Shown here: positions 1-9,413 of the stretch, one piece after another
How the letters are laid out: each line of letters opens with the position of its first letter
Position numbering within the stretch: position 1 is the first letter of the stretch
Origin: an uncultured Acidimicrobiaceae bacterium
GTDB lineage: Bacteria; Actinomycetota; Acidimicrobiia; Acidimicrobiales; RAAP-2
Direction of reading: 5' to 3'
Length of the DNA stretch: 64,000 nucleotides
NCBI GenBank assembly: GCA_963781305.1
Contig: CAWAFL010000013.1
Coordinates: 478,948-542,947, forward strand
Made by a program: the position numbers and the translations under genes
Notes under the pieces: generated by a model
The model's input: only the letters and a program-made list of their open reading frames with translations
Told to the model about the DNA's origin: nothing
Databases searched by the model: none

Positions 1-1
1 C

Positions 2-691
2 ACCCTGGGCCAGAACCTGGTCAAGCTGAAGCTGTCGGTCTTCGTGCTCTCGGCGGCCATCGCCGGGCTGGGCGGCATCCTGATGTCGTCGGCCTCCATC
101 TCGGTCAACCCGAACTCGTTCATCATTTTCATCAGCCTCACGCTGGTCATGCTGACTGTGGTCGGCGGCATCGGCAACGTGGCCGGAGCGCTCATCGGCG
201 GGGTGCTGGCCGGGGTCGGCTTCCAGGCCATCACCAGCACGTTCCAGAACCTCTACAGCCACCACGGCGGCCCCTGGATGTTCATCGCCAATCTCACGCT
301 GGTGGCCCCGGCGGCGATCGGGGTCAGCCTCGGCCGCAACCCGAGCGGGTCCGTCGGCCAGATCGTAGAGAGCTACGCCCCGCTGTGGAGGGCAAAGCCG
401 GTTCTGGCCGGCGGCATCCTCCTCGAGGTCGCCGCCTACCTGCTGGTGGTGACCAAGGTCATGTCCAACTGGTGGTTTGTGTTCGCCACCGCCATCATCG
501 TCTTTGGCATTCCGGTCGTGGGCAAGGCGCTGATGCCCGAGGCGTTCGCCCCACCGCCGCCCCCGAGCGGGTCGCCGCCGTCTGCCTCGACCACGCCGGT
601 GGTCGAGTCGACCAGCGTGGTTCCGACCCCAGCGGCCAGCGGGCCGGTGCGTATGGGCTTCGAAGGGGGGTCGACCGGTGGCCGTCCTTGA
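2..691 (+). CDS. livM: branched-chain amino acid ABC transporter permease, C-terminal part (5' end outside the window)
   Basis: The frame is open from the window edge (TLGQNLVKLKLSVFVLSAAIAGLGG...). It has a hydrophobic LivM-type C-terminus and a Pro-rich tail, followed by two overlapping ABC ATPase genes. Confidence 0.8.
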   Translation, partial: TLGQNLVKLKLSVFVLSAAIAGLGGILMSSASISVNPNSFIIFISLTLVMLTVVGGIGNVAGALIGGVLAGVGFQAITSTFQNLYSHHGGPWMFIANLTLVAPAAIGVSLGRNPSGSVGQIVESYAPLWRAKPVLAGGILLEVAAYLLVVTKVMSNWWFVFATAIIVFGIPVVGKALMPEAFAPPPPPSGSPPSASTTPVVESTSVVPTPAASGPVRMGFEGGSTGGRP

Positions 692-1418
692 GGCAACGGA
701 AATCTCCATGGCCTTCGGCGGCAATGTGGTCCTCGACGGGGTGTCGCTGTCGGTAGACGAGGGATCGGTCACCGGGCTCATCGGCCCGAACGGGGCCGGC
801 AAGACGACGCTCTTCAACGTCATCAGCGGCCTGCTCGATCCCACCAGCGGCCGAATCGCCGTCGACGGCCACGACGTGACCCGAGCCGGGCCCGCAGCCC
901 GCGCCCGACGGGGGCTGTCCCGCAGCTACCAGCAGCTCGAGCTGTTCACCTCGCTCTCGGTCCGGGACAACGTCCGGGTTGCCGGCGACATCCGCAACGC
1001 CTGGGGGCGCCGGTTCCGGATCGACGTCAAGGCCGAGACCGACCGGGTCATGGGCCTGCTCGGCCTGGAGGACGTGGCCGACCGGGAGGTGGGGGAGCTG
1101 CCCACGGCCCGGGCCCGGATCATCGAGGTGGCCCGCGCCCTCATGACCAAGCCCCGCATCCTGCTGCTCGACGAGCCGGCATCGGGTCAGACCGAGTCGG
1201 AGACGGCGGCGTTCGGTCAGCTCCTGGGCCAGCTGGCCCGCGAGGACAGCCTGGGCATCTGTTTGGTCGAGCACGATGTCTCGCTGGTCATGGGAGTGTG
1301 CGCCACGATCCACGTCCTGGACTACGGCCAGATCATCGCCAGCGGGCCGCCCGAGCAGATCCGGCTCGAGCCGGCGGTCATCGACGCCTATCTCGGCTCG
1401 ACGGAAGGCGTGGGATGA
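678..1418 (+). CDS. livG: ABC transporter ATP-binding protein (LivG-type)
   Basis: Walker A GPNGAGKTT, an LSYQQLE-type signature region and Walker B LLLDEP. The GTG start overlaps the permease gene end. Confidence 0.9.
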   Translation: MAVLEATEISMAFGGNVVLDGVSLSVDEGSVTGLIGPNGAGKTTLFNVISGLLDPTSGRIAVDGHDVTRAGPAARARRGLSRSYQQLELFTSLSVRDNVRVAGDIRNAWGRRFRIDVKAETDRVMGLLGLEDVADREVGELPTARARIIEVARALMTKPRILLLDEPASGQTESETAAFGQLLGQLAREDSLGICLVEHDVSLVMGVCATIHVLDYGQIIASGPPEQIRLEPAVIDAYLGSTEGVG

Positions 1419-2119
1419 GCGAGGCCCCCTTGCTGGAGGTGCGGTCCATCCGCGCCGGATACGGGCCGATCGAGGTCCTGCACGATGTCGACTTTCAGGT
1501 CTATCCGGGCAAAGTTGCCGCCCTGCTCGGACCGAACGGCGGCGGCAAGAGCACGCTGCTCAACGTGTGCGCCGGCGTGCACACAGCCGATGAGGGTGAA
1601 GTGTGGTTCGAGGGCGAGAACGTCACCAAGACCTCGGCCGGGGCTCTGTCCCGTCGTGGCATCTGCACGGTGCCCGAGGGGCGCGGCATCTTCCCCAACT
1701 TGACCGTCCGGGAGAACGTGCTCATGGCCACCCAGGTGGGAGCGGAGATGTCCCACTTGGAGGACGTGACCTATTCGCGGTTCCCCCGACTGGGCGAGCG
1801 CCGCAAGCAGCTGGCCGGGACGCTGTCGGGAGGGGAACAGCAGATGCTGGCCCTGTCCCGGGCCTTCGGCACCGACCCCAAGCTGGTCATGCTGGACGAG
1901 CTGTCCATGGGGCTCGCCCCCATCGTGGTCCGCCAGCTCTACGAGCTGGTGACCGAGTTGGCCAGCCAGGGGCTCTCGATTCTGGTTGTCGAGCAGTTCG
2001 CCCGGACCGTCCTGCCCATTGCCGACTCGGTGGCCGTCATGCTCCAGGGCCAGATCGTGCGGCGGGGAACGCCGGCCGAACTGGAAGACGAGCTCTCCTC
2101 CAGCTACCTGGGCACCTGA
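1415..2119 (+). CDS. livF: ABC transporter ATP-binding protein (LivF-type)
   Basis: ATGA start/stop overlap with livG at 1415-1418. Motifs GPNGGGKST, LSGGEQQML and MLDELS. The longer ORF-track start at 1298 is out-of-frame overlap with livG. Confidence 0.9.
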   Translation: MSEAPLLEVRSIRAGYGPIEVLHDVDFQVYPGKVAALLGPNGGGKSTLLNVCAGVHTADEGEVWFEGENVTKTSAGALSRRGICTVPEGRGIFPNLTVRENVLMATQVGAEMSHLEDVTYSRFPRLGERRKQLAGTLSGGEQQMLALSRAFGTDPKLVMLDELSMGLAPIVVRQLYELVTELASQGLSILVVEQFARTVLPIADSVAVMLQGQIVRRGTPAELEDELSSSYLGT

Positions 2120-2150
2120 GGGACCTTCGACCGACCTCGCCCTGATGCGC

Positions 2151-3593
2151 TCACAGCGCTGATGCCGCCTCCTGCTCGCAGACCGTCCCCTCGAAGAACC
2201 GCGGGTTGGCTCCGGCATGGAGCCGGACCGGGTTGGTGAAGGTGAACTGTTCGAACTCCTGGGCCGTAACCGATCCCCGCTCCAGCAGCTCGTACGCCTC
2301 GACCATCACGTTGCTCATCACCGGTGCATCCCAGTGGGACACGTCACTACCGAGCATCGGCCTCAGGGCGACCTGGCGTCCTTCGAAATCGAGATGGAAG
2401 CCGAACGAGATCAGCGGGTCGTCGGCCTCGCAACCGAAGTACAAGCGAGTCTCGAAGGGCTCGATGATGTCCTCCACCGTGGTGACGCCGGCGGCTGCGA
2501 ACTCGTCGAGCACCGCCGGGCGCCCGGGGCGCCGGGACAGGTGCTCACCCAGTTGGCTCAGGTTGTTGGTCATGTCATCGCTCCCGTACTGCTCCACCAG
2601 CGCCAGCACCGCGGCCACGTCGAGGTTGGCCGGATCGAGGTCGTTGATGGCGTGCCCGCCCCGCTTCTCCCAGTGGCCGATGAGGTCGGCGAGCAGGGCA
2701 CAGCCCCAGGTCACCCCTCCTTCGAGGAAGCCGATGCGCAGGTCGGGAAACCGCCGGTACACGCCGCCGAGGAAGAGCGCCTTGCACAGGACCTCATGGG
2801 CCCCGGCGATCCCGTTGACGTGGTTGAACACATAGTTGGTGATCGAGCGGGCGGGATGCACCTGCTGCAGGGAGCTGTGGAAGGCGGGAGCGACCTTGTT
2901 CCGCACGCAAGCCTCCCAAACCGGATCGTAGTCATAGGGGCTGTCGAGGCCGAAGACGTCGAGGCGTGAACCAATCGGTGGTCCACCCTTGGGCCCCACC
3001 GGGCGGAATGCGTGACCGGCCAGCACCACCGACTTGAAGCCCAGCTGCTGGACGGCGAAGTCGATCTCGGCGACGGCCTCGTCCGGGTTCTGCATGGGAA
3101 TGAGTGCGCCCGGTTCGAGCCGATCGCGGTAAGGGGAGAACAGCGTGGCGAAGTACCGGTTGGTGGCCCGACAGGTCGGGGCACGGAGCTCGTCGTCGGT
3201 GCTCATGAGAAAGCCCAGGGTCCACGAGGGATAGATCAACATGAAGTCGATGCCCAGCTCCTCCAGGCGGTCGTACATCAAGCGCGGGAGATGGGCAGTG
3301 GCCCGGTCTCTGGGGTCCGACACCGGGTTCCCCCACCATGAGGGCATCGATCGCCATGGGTCCACGATGGCCCGCCCCGATCGGTCGGCCTCGAACACGG
3401 CCGTGTCCAGTTCCTTCAGGGCGTGGGCCCGAAACCGATCCCCGAGCGCGGTGCCCCCCGCCTCTTCGAGATAGGCCAATATCTCGTCGTTCACCAGGGG
3501 CATGAACTCCATGAAGTGCCCGTCGGCGTCGATGATCGGATGCCCCACCTCCGACCGGACATCAGCGGCCGTCATGTTCCTCGTCGTCGTCAT
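2151..3593 (-). CDS. amidohydrolase family protein (amidohydrolase_2-like metal hydrolase)
   Basis: 480-aa ORF with an N-terminal IIDADGHFMEF metal-binding motif typical of the family. Confidence 0.8.
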   Translation of the reverse strand: MTTTRNMTAADVRSEVGHPIIDADGHFMEFMPLVNDEILAYLEEAGGTALGDRFRAHALKELDTAVFEADRSGRAIVDPWRSMPSWWGNPVSDPRDRATAHLPRLMYDRLEELGIDFMLIYPSWTLGFLMSTDDELRAPTCRATNRYFATLFSPYRDRLEPGALIPMQNPDEAVAEIDFAVQQLGFKSVVLAGHAFRPVGPKGGPPIGSRLDVFGLDSPYDYDPVWEACVRNKVAPAFHSSLQQVHPARSITNYVFNHVNGIAGAHEVLCKALFLGGVYRRFPDLRIGFLEGGVTWGCALLADLIGHWEKRGGHAINDLDPANLDVAAVLALVEQYGSDDMTNNLSQLGEHLSRRPGRPAVLDEFAAAGVTTVEDIIEPFETRLYFGCEADDPLISFGFHLDFEGRQVALRPMLGSDVSHWDAPVMSNVMVEAYELLERGSVTAQEFEQFTFTNPVRLHAGANPRFFEGTVCEQEAASAL

Positions 3594-3617
3594 CGATGGC
3601 TCCCCCGGATGTACGTG

Positions 3618-4562
3618 CTAGTCGGTCCGGCCCAGGTCCCGCGCCCAGGCCAGGTTCTTGCGGGCCGACCCCACATGGGCGATGTGCACGACGTAGCCCT
3701 CGCCCTGGTTCGGGTCGCCGTATTCGATGCGGCCGGCCTCGCGTCCCTCGGCTTCGGTGGCCAGACGGTCCAACTCCTGCCAGAAGGCGAGCTCGTCGTC
3801 GGTTGGGGAGAAGACCTCGTGCACCAGGGGGATGTGATCAGGATTGCCGATCATCATCCCGTAGTAGCCGAGGTCGCGAAGCTCGGTGGCCCACCTGCGC
3901 AGGCCATCGAGGTCGTCGCTGTCGCCACCCCACATGCCGCTGATCGGGTACCGGATCCCTGCTGCCTTGGCATCGAGGAGGACCTTGGAGCGGAGAAAGA
4001 GGGTCTCTCTGCCCTCGGCCGACCACCGGAACCCCAACGCCTGGTGAATGTCGCCGAACCGGGACACGGCGCCGCCCATGTACAACACTCGTTCGGATGC
4101 CATGGCGATCTCGTAGGCCAGGCGGAGCGCCTGGGCGGTCTCGAGGATGGGGTAGATGATCGTGGACCCGAGCGGCCGGCCCGATTCGACCTCCATGCAG
4201 TTGAGGAGGGCGTGGGCGCCGTGTATGTCCCGCGGCCCCTGCACTTTCGGCAGCAGGATCCCAGCCAGCTTCTCGTGCATGACCGCCCGCAGGTCCTTCA
4301 GGGTCTGGCCGGTGTCGACCGCCTGCACCCGGGCGAACCAGAGGGGTGCGCCGGGGTCGTCGGAGAGGCTGGAGAAGAACTCCGAGACGATCTGTCGAGC
4401 CCGCTCACGGTCCGCCTCGGAGCACGGCGTGCGGGGCTCTTCGAGGTCGATGACCACGGCGTCGGCACCGTGGAATCGGGATTTCTCGACTTGTTCGCGC
4501 TCGCTTCCGGGAACGAAGAGAACGGTGCGTAGTGGTCTGCTGTGCGCTCGCTCGTCGGTCAC
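3618..4562 (-). CDS. HpcH/HpaI aldolase / citrate lyase beta subunit-like (CitE) protein
   Basis: Motifs LRTVLFVPGSE...ADAVVIDLEEP. The GTG start at 4562 is preceded by GGGGGA. The upstream 61 codons of the track ORF look non-coding. Confidence 0.75.
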   Translation of the reverse strand: MTDERAHSRPLRTVLFVPGSEREQVEKSRFHGADAVVIDLEEPRTPCSEADRERARQIVSEFFSSLSDDPGAPLWFARVQAVDTGQTLKDLRAVMHEKLAGILLPKVQGPRDIHGAHALLNCMEVESGRPLGSTIIYPILETAQALRLAYEIAMASERVLYMGGAVSRFGDIHQALGFRWSAEGRETLFLRSKVLLDAKAAGIRYPISGMWGGDSDDLDGLRRWATELRDLGYYGMMIGNPDHIPLVHEVFSPTDDELAFWQELDRLATEAEGREAGRIEYGDPNQGEGYVVHIAHVGSARKNLAWARDLGRTD

Positions 4563-4674
4563 AGTCCCCCCAGGCCTGGACGGCAGCTCACCATCTGGCT
4601 GCTCACGTTGGAACAGTAGCAATACATCGATCGCCGTGGCGGCGGTGACCGGGCGGGCGGTCACCGATCGTGTG

Positions 4675-4935
4675 TCAGTCGGCCCCTTCTCGGTGCCCGA
4701 CCGGCGACTCAGCACCCGTTTCGACGGGATGTGACCGCCGACCATGACGGCGCAGCCCTATGGCCTGCGCCCCCAGGCCCACACCGAAGAGGGAGACGAG
4801 AACCCCCGTCACGTGGCCCAAGAACACCACCACGATGCCGACGGCCACACACACTGCGCTTCCGAGCACTTGTTGCCAGGGCTTGGCGTAGGCCACGTGC
4901 TGGCGGAGCATCATGAACAGGCCGCCTCCGTGCAT
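4675..4935 (-). CDS. small hydrophobic membrane protein (hypothetical)
   Basis: ATG at 4935 lies directly after GGGGGGAAGG. There is one or two predicted TM stretches (AVCVAVGIVVVFLGHVTGVLVSLFGVGLGA). It sits 10 nt downstream of the marR-like gene. Confidence 0.35.
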   Translation of the reverse strand: MHGGGLFMMLRQHVAYAKPWQQVLGSAVCVAVGIVVVFLGHVTGVLVSLFGVGLGAQAIGLRRHGRRSHPVETGAESPVGHREGAD

Positions 4936-4945
4936 CCTTCCCCCC

Positions 4946-5452
4946 TCAGCCCGCCGGCCGGCCCGCACCGGCGGTGGGCGCCCCGTGCTCGGCCCGGACG
5001 GCTCGCAGCTGCTGAAGAAATGGGCCGGGCTGAGCCGGACGGAGCCGTACCGCCAGATCCCCGAGGGTGGCCAGCGTCTCGGTGATGGCGTCGGGACCGT
5101 CCTCATGGAGTGCGGCGGCCAGCGCAGCATCCACCGCGATCGCACCTCGTCGAGCGACGTTGCCCATGTGCCGATCGCTCATGCGGACAAGGGTGCGCCG
5201 ACCGTCGGAGGGGTCTGCTGCCGTTGCCACTATTCCCTCCTCACGTAAGCGGGCGACCGATGCCGACACGTAGCTCTGAGGAAGGCCGGTTCGTCCGGTG
5301 ATCTCGGTGATCGAACTGTCCGGATGGGACAACACATCGCTCATCACCAGAGTGGGTCCGGTCGGCAGCGGATGAGCCCCGGAGCCCCGCATGGCCTCTT
5401 CGCCGACTTTGGTGAGCTGACGGCCGAGTCGGATCAGGTCCAGAGCATCCAT
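4946..5452 (-). CDS. MarR family transcriptional regulator
   Basis: Winged-helix region ITEITGRTGLPQSYVSASVARLREEGIV...DGRRTLV. The start is taken at MDALDL (5452). Confidence 0.85.
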   Translation of the reverse strand: MDALDLIRLGRQLTKVGEEAMRGSGAHPLPTGPTLVMSDVLSHPDSSITEITGRTGLPQSYVSASVARLREEGIVATAADPSDGRRTLVRMSDRHMGNVARRGAIAVDAALAAALHEDGPDAITETLATLGDLAVRLRPAQPGPFLQQLRAVRAEHGAPTAGAGRPAG

Positions 5453-5484
5453 ATCGGTAACGATACATCTAAAACGATGCATAT
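5452..5484. promoter_or_regulatory. AT-rich candidate operator/promoter at the marR start
   Basis: This is the locally lowest-GC segment. It holds the inverted repeat TATCG-n4-CGATA (5452-5465), the direct repeat AACGAT at 5459 and 5473, and the palindrome ATGCAT at 5477. Confidence 0.3.
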
Positions 5485-5628
5485 GGAAGATCCTCCGCCC
5501 AAAGGGGCCAACGGGGGCCGAAGATCAGATCAGCTCGAGGTCACGCGGACGTCCGGCGGTCACAGAGATACTGTTATCCCTCAACACTTCGGTCCCCAGC
5601 GAAATATGGATCCCCTACGCTGGCGCCC

Positions 5629-6387
5629 ATGGACGGAGATGCCGATATCGCCGCCGTGGCCGAGGTCCTCGCTGATCGAAGCCGTTGCCGCATGCTCATG
5701 GCCCTCGACGACGGACGGGCACTTCCGGCCAGCCGCCTGGCTGCTGAAGCGGGTATCGCCCCATCCACCACCAGTACCCACCTCGGCCGCCTCCTGGACG
5801 CCGGGATGCTTGTCGTCGAGCCCCACGGGCGGCACCGCTACTACCGCCTGGCCGGTCCTCATGTCGGCGAGTTGATCGAGTCCATCGCCCGGGTGGCACC
5901 ACCGATGAACGTGCAATCCCTTCGGCAGGGAACCAAGGCCGAGGCGCTACGCAGAGCGCGAACGTGCTACGACCATCTCGCCGGGCGGCTGGGCGTGGCC
6001 CTTATGGACGCACTCCTGGCCCAGGGGATGCTCGAAGGGGGCGACGGTACCTTCGATGCGGATCGCTCGATTCGTGATCGCCTCTCGGCCCCGGGCTGGG
6101 ATGTGGCCTACTTCCTCAGCGACAAAGGACATGCCAGGTTGGAATCCCTGGGCGTCGACTGTTCGGGGGCGGGGAGGCGCCCGTTCATCCGGTACTGCGT
6201 GGACTGGAGCGAACAGCGCCACCACCTTGCCGGAACGCTTGGTGCCCGCCTGCTGAGCTGGTTCGAAGACCAGGGATGGACACAACGGCGGTCCGGGTCG
6301 CGTGCGCTGACCATTACCGAAGCCGGTGCGAACGACATGGGACCGACATTGGGTATCGACATCGCTGGCGTCCTCGCCGTTCCCTAG
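5629..6387 (+). CDS. ArsR-type winged-helix transcriptional regulator with a C-terminal extension
   Basis: Motifs LADRSRCRMLMAL...SRLAAEAGIAPSTTSTHLGRLLDAGML...GRHRYYRL. Confidence 0.8.
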   Translation: MDGDADIAAVAEVLADRSRCRMLMALDDGRALPASRLAAEAGIAPSTTSTHLGRLLDAGMLVVEPHGRHRYYRLAGPHVGELIESIARVAPPMNVQSLRQGTKAEALRRARTCYDHLAGRLGVALMDALLAQGMLEGGDGTFDADRSIRDRLSAPGWDVAYFLSDKGHARLESLGVDCSGAGRRPFIRYCVDWSEQRHHLAGTLGARLLSWFEDQGWTQRRSGSRALTITEAGANDMGPTLGIDIAGVLAVP

Positions 6388-6441
6388 CTGTTCTGTCCAG
6401 AGACCTAGCCGGCGGCTCGGTGACGGACCGACACCCCGCTG

Positions 6442-6960
6442 TCACCGCTCTACTTGGCTCACCTCTTCAGGAGTGCGCATCTGACCCGTCTCGGGGTCGG
6501 CCGCTTTGGTGGCATCCATGGAAGCAACCCGTTCGGGGTCGACCCGAACCCGGAACACGGCACGGCCGCCTTCCTCATGGAGAGCGAAGTAGGCGTCGAG
6601 GTCGATCTCGTCGCCCACGTGGCCCATGTTGCGCATGAACTTCTTGCGCTCGATGACGTGGTCAGCGTCGGGGAACTCTTCGGCCGCCCCGGTGATGACG
6701 GCGAAGCGCACCGGATAGCGGTCGTTGTAGACGGTGACGCACACCCGAGGATCGCGTCGGATTCTGAGCGTGCCCGACGTGGCCGGGTTCATGCTGAAGT
6801 AGATCCAACCATCCTGGTAGAGGTAGCCGAGCGGCACACCGATGGGTGAGCCGTCGCGTCGCAGCGAGCTGACGGTGGCGTAGCAGGGCAGCTGTGGGTC
6901 CCCGGCCAGAAACGAAGCCAGTTCGTCGGTGTCCATTTTCAACTGTCGGGGGAGGGCCAT
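6442..6960 (-). CDS. pyridoxamine 5'-phosphate oxidase family (PPOX-class, possibly F420/FMN-dependent) protein
   Basis: Split-barrel-like sequence (YATVSSLRRDGSPIGVPLGYLYQDGWIYFS...). The start is taken at MALPRQ (6960). Confidence 0.75.
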   Translation of the reverse strand: MALPRQLKMDTDELASFLAGDPQLPCYATVSSLRRDGSPIGVPLGYLYQDGWIYFSMNPATSGTLRIRRDPRVCVTVYNDRYPVRFAVITGAAEEFPDADHVIERKKFMRNMGHVGDEIDLDAYFALHEEGGRAVFRVRVDPERVASMDATKAADPETGQMRTPEEVSQVER

Positions 6961-7013
6961 TGCCCGATTACAACACGCCGCCGGATCGGTGAGCAACGAC
7001 GTCGGGCATCGCC

Positions 7014-8150
7014 ATGCTTTGCTGCGGGCTTCACGGTAGCGTGGCGAAAGTGACACTGGCTGATCACGAGAGCCCGGTATCTGCGGGCGAGGCGGAAGCG
7101 ACCTTCAAGCTCGTCCACGACCATGCCGACCGGATCTATCTCTGGGACTATGAGCGATCGAGGACCCAACTGGTCACCCTGTACAACAAGGCCATGGGTT
7201 CCCAGTGGAACAGCCTGACCGATCTGGATTGGGATACCGATGTCGATCCCGAGGGCCTGGTCGACCAGGGATCCCCGTCCATACAGTTGTTCCGGGCCGC
7301 GGCGGCTGAGCCGGGCTCGCCCATCGCCCAGTGGGGTGACAGGGAGTTCACCGCCCTGGGCATAGAGCTGTTCAAGGCGTCGCTCAGCCAGTTCATGCAC
7401 GGTGAGCAAGGGGCCATGCTCACCGCGGCCAAGATCGTCGAGACCGTTCCGTGGATCGACGCCAAGTACTACGCCGCCACCCAGACGATGGACGAGGCCC
7501 GCCACACCGAGGTGTTCGCCAAGTACCTCGATCTGAAGGTGGGCGAGGCCTACCCGATGAGCCCGTTCCTGGAGGAGCAGATCACGGTGCTGCTCGAGGA
7601 CAGCCGCTGGGACATCGCCTACCTGGGCATGCAGATCGTGATCGAGAGCCTGGCCCTGGCCGCCTTCGGCGACATGCTGCGCCGCACCGAAGAGCCCCTG
7701 TTGCGCAAGCTCCTCCGCTACGTCATGTCGGACGAGGCTCGCCACGTGGCCTTCGGAATCCTGACCCTCAAGGAGTTCTATGCGGGACTGACCGACGCCG
7801 AACTGAAGGATCGCCAGGAGTTCCTCTTGGACAACACGCTGCGCAACCGGGCCCGGTCGACCACGCCGGAAGTGTGGGAGCGCCTCGGTGTGGATGTGGG
7901 CGCCCTGGTTCCTCACCTGTCTGCTGCCGCCGGCAGGATGAAGTCGAGCCCCTTCGTCGGGTTCCAGCGCGGGTTCTTCGCCAAGCTGGTGCCCAATGTG
8001 GGCAAGCTCGGCCTGCTCGACGCCAACCGCGGCTACCTGCGGGACCGGTGGGGGCAAGCGGGCCTGCTGGAGTTCGAGCACGCCGACGACACCGCCTCGG
8101 ACTATGACTCCTATGACGAGGTGGCGAAGGACCGGAGTATGACCCGGTGA
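7014..8150 (+). CDS. ferritin-like diiron oxygenase (AurF-family-like)
   Basis: Two E-x-x-H motifs (MDEARHTEVF, MSDEARHVAFG) and an N-terminal QWNSLTDLDWDTD segment. The exact start is uncertain. Confidence 0.75.
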   Translation: MLCCGLHGSVAKVTLADHESPVSAGEAEATFKLVHDHADRIYLWDYERSRTQLVTLYNKAMGSQWNSLTDLDWDTDVDPEGLVDQGSPSIQLFRAAAAEPGSPIAQWGDREFTALGIELFKASLSQFMHGEQGAMLTAAKIVETVPWIDAKYYAATQTMDEARHTEVFAKYLDLKVGEAYPMSPFLEEQITVLLEDSRWDIAYLGMQIVIESLALAAFGDMLRRTEEPLLRKLLRYVMSDEARHVAFGILTLKEFYAGLTDAELKDRQEFLLDNTLRNRARSTTPEVWERLGVDVGALVPHLSAAAGRMKSSPFVGFQRGFFAKLVPNVGKLGLLDANRGYLRDRWGQAGLLEFEHADDTASDYDSYDEVAKDRSMTR

Positions 8151-9364
8151 AGGTCGATCCGGACGGTGCCGGCTTCGACCCCCGTCGGCTCGAGCGGATC
8201 ACGGAGCACTTCGACGGCCGCTACGTGGCCACCGGGAAGATACCCGGCTGCCAGGTGGCCGTGGCCCGGAACGGAAAGGTCGCCTACTGGCGGTCGATGG
8301 GCCTCATGGACCGTGACCGATCGAAACCGGTGGCCGACGACACCATCTGGCGCATCTACTCCATGACCAAGCCGATTACCTCGCTGGCCCTGATGCAGCT
8401 CTACGAGCAGGGGCTCTTTCAGCTGAGCGACCCGCTGCACCGGTACATCCCCGAGTGGCGGCACCTCAAGGTGGGCGAGCTGCAATCCGACGGGTCCCTC
8501 CGGATGGTGGACCAGACCCGGCCGGTATCGGTGCGCGATGCCCTGACCCACATGACCGGCCTGGCCGGTGGGGTGACGCCTGGCCACCCCACCGACGCCC
8601 GCTTCGCCGCCTCGTTGCGAGAGGCCCGAAGCGGGATGACGCTGGAGGGGGTGTGCTCGCTGCTGGCCGAGTTCCCCCTCAAGTTCCAACCCGGGTCGCG
8701 TTGGAACTACGGACTGTCCACCGATGTCTGCGCCCGGCTGGTGGAGATCCTCTCTGGGGAGCGGTTCGACCGGTATCTCCACGCCCATGTCTTGGAACCC
8801 CTGGGCATGGTCGACACCGGCTTCTCGGTCGACGACGACTCGGTGTCCCGGTTTGCGGCCTGCTACAACTACCTGCCCGGCGTGTCGCCCGCCCTGCAGG
8901 ACGATCCGGAGGAGAGCCCCTACCGTCGGCTCCGCTCGTACCAGTCGGGCGCCGGGGGATTGGTGTCGACCTCGGGTGACTACCTCCGCTTTTCCCAGAT
9001 GCTGCTCAACCGGGGCGAGCTCGACGGCCGCCGCCTCATCGGGCGCAAGACCCTCGACCTCATGACGGCCAACCACCTCCCGGGCCAGGGTCTGTTGTCC
9101 GACCTGGCTACGGGCGGCTTCGGTGAGGTGGAGTTCGACGGGGTCGGTTTCGGCCTGGGGTTCGCAATCGGCAACGGGCCCGCAGCGACGGGCACCGTAG
9201 GGTCGGTCGGCGAGTACTTCTGGGGCGGAGCGGCCAGCACCGCGTTCTGGGTCGATCCGTTGGAAGACCTGGCCGCGGTGTTCATGACCCAGCTCCTGCC
9301 GTCGAGCTCCTATCCGTTCCGGGCCCAGCTTCGGGCCCTGGTGTACCAGGCCCTGGCCGACTGA
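8147..9364 (+). CDS. serine hydrolase (beta-lactamase/transpeptidase-fold, class C-like)
   Basis: S-x-x-K motif YSMTKP. GTGA start/stop overlap with the diiron oxygenase gene at 8147-8150. Confidence 0.9.
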   Translation: MKVDPDGAGFDPRRLERITEHFDGRYVATGKIPGCQVAVARNGKVAYWRSMGLMDRDRSKPVADDTIWRIYSMTKPITSLALMQLYEQGLFQLSDPLHRYIPEWRHLKVGELQSDGSLRMVDQTRPVSVRDALTHMTGLAGGVTPGHPTDARFAASLREARSGMTLEGVCSLLAEFPLKFQPGSRWNYGLSTDVCARLVEILSGERFDRYLHAHVLEPLGMVDTGFSVDDDSVSRFAACYNYLPGVSPALQDDPEESPYRRLRSYQSGAGGLVSTSGDYLRFSQMLLNRGELDGRRLIGRKTLDLMTANHLPGQGLLSDLATGGFGEVEFDGVGFGLGFAIGNGPAATGTVGSVGEYFWGGAASTAFWVDPLEDLAAVFMTQLLPSSSYPFRAQLRALVYQALAD

Positions 9365-9413
9365 CGATGCCCGGGCTCGGTCGGCCGCGGCGCCACGGCC
9401 CTTGGAGGAAGTG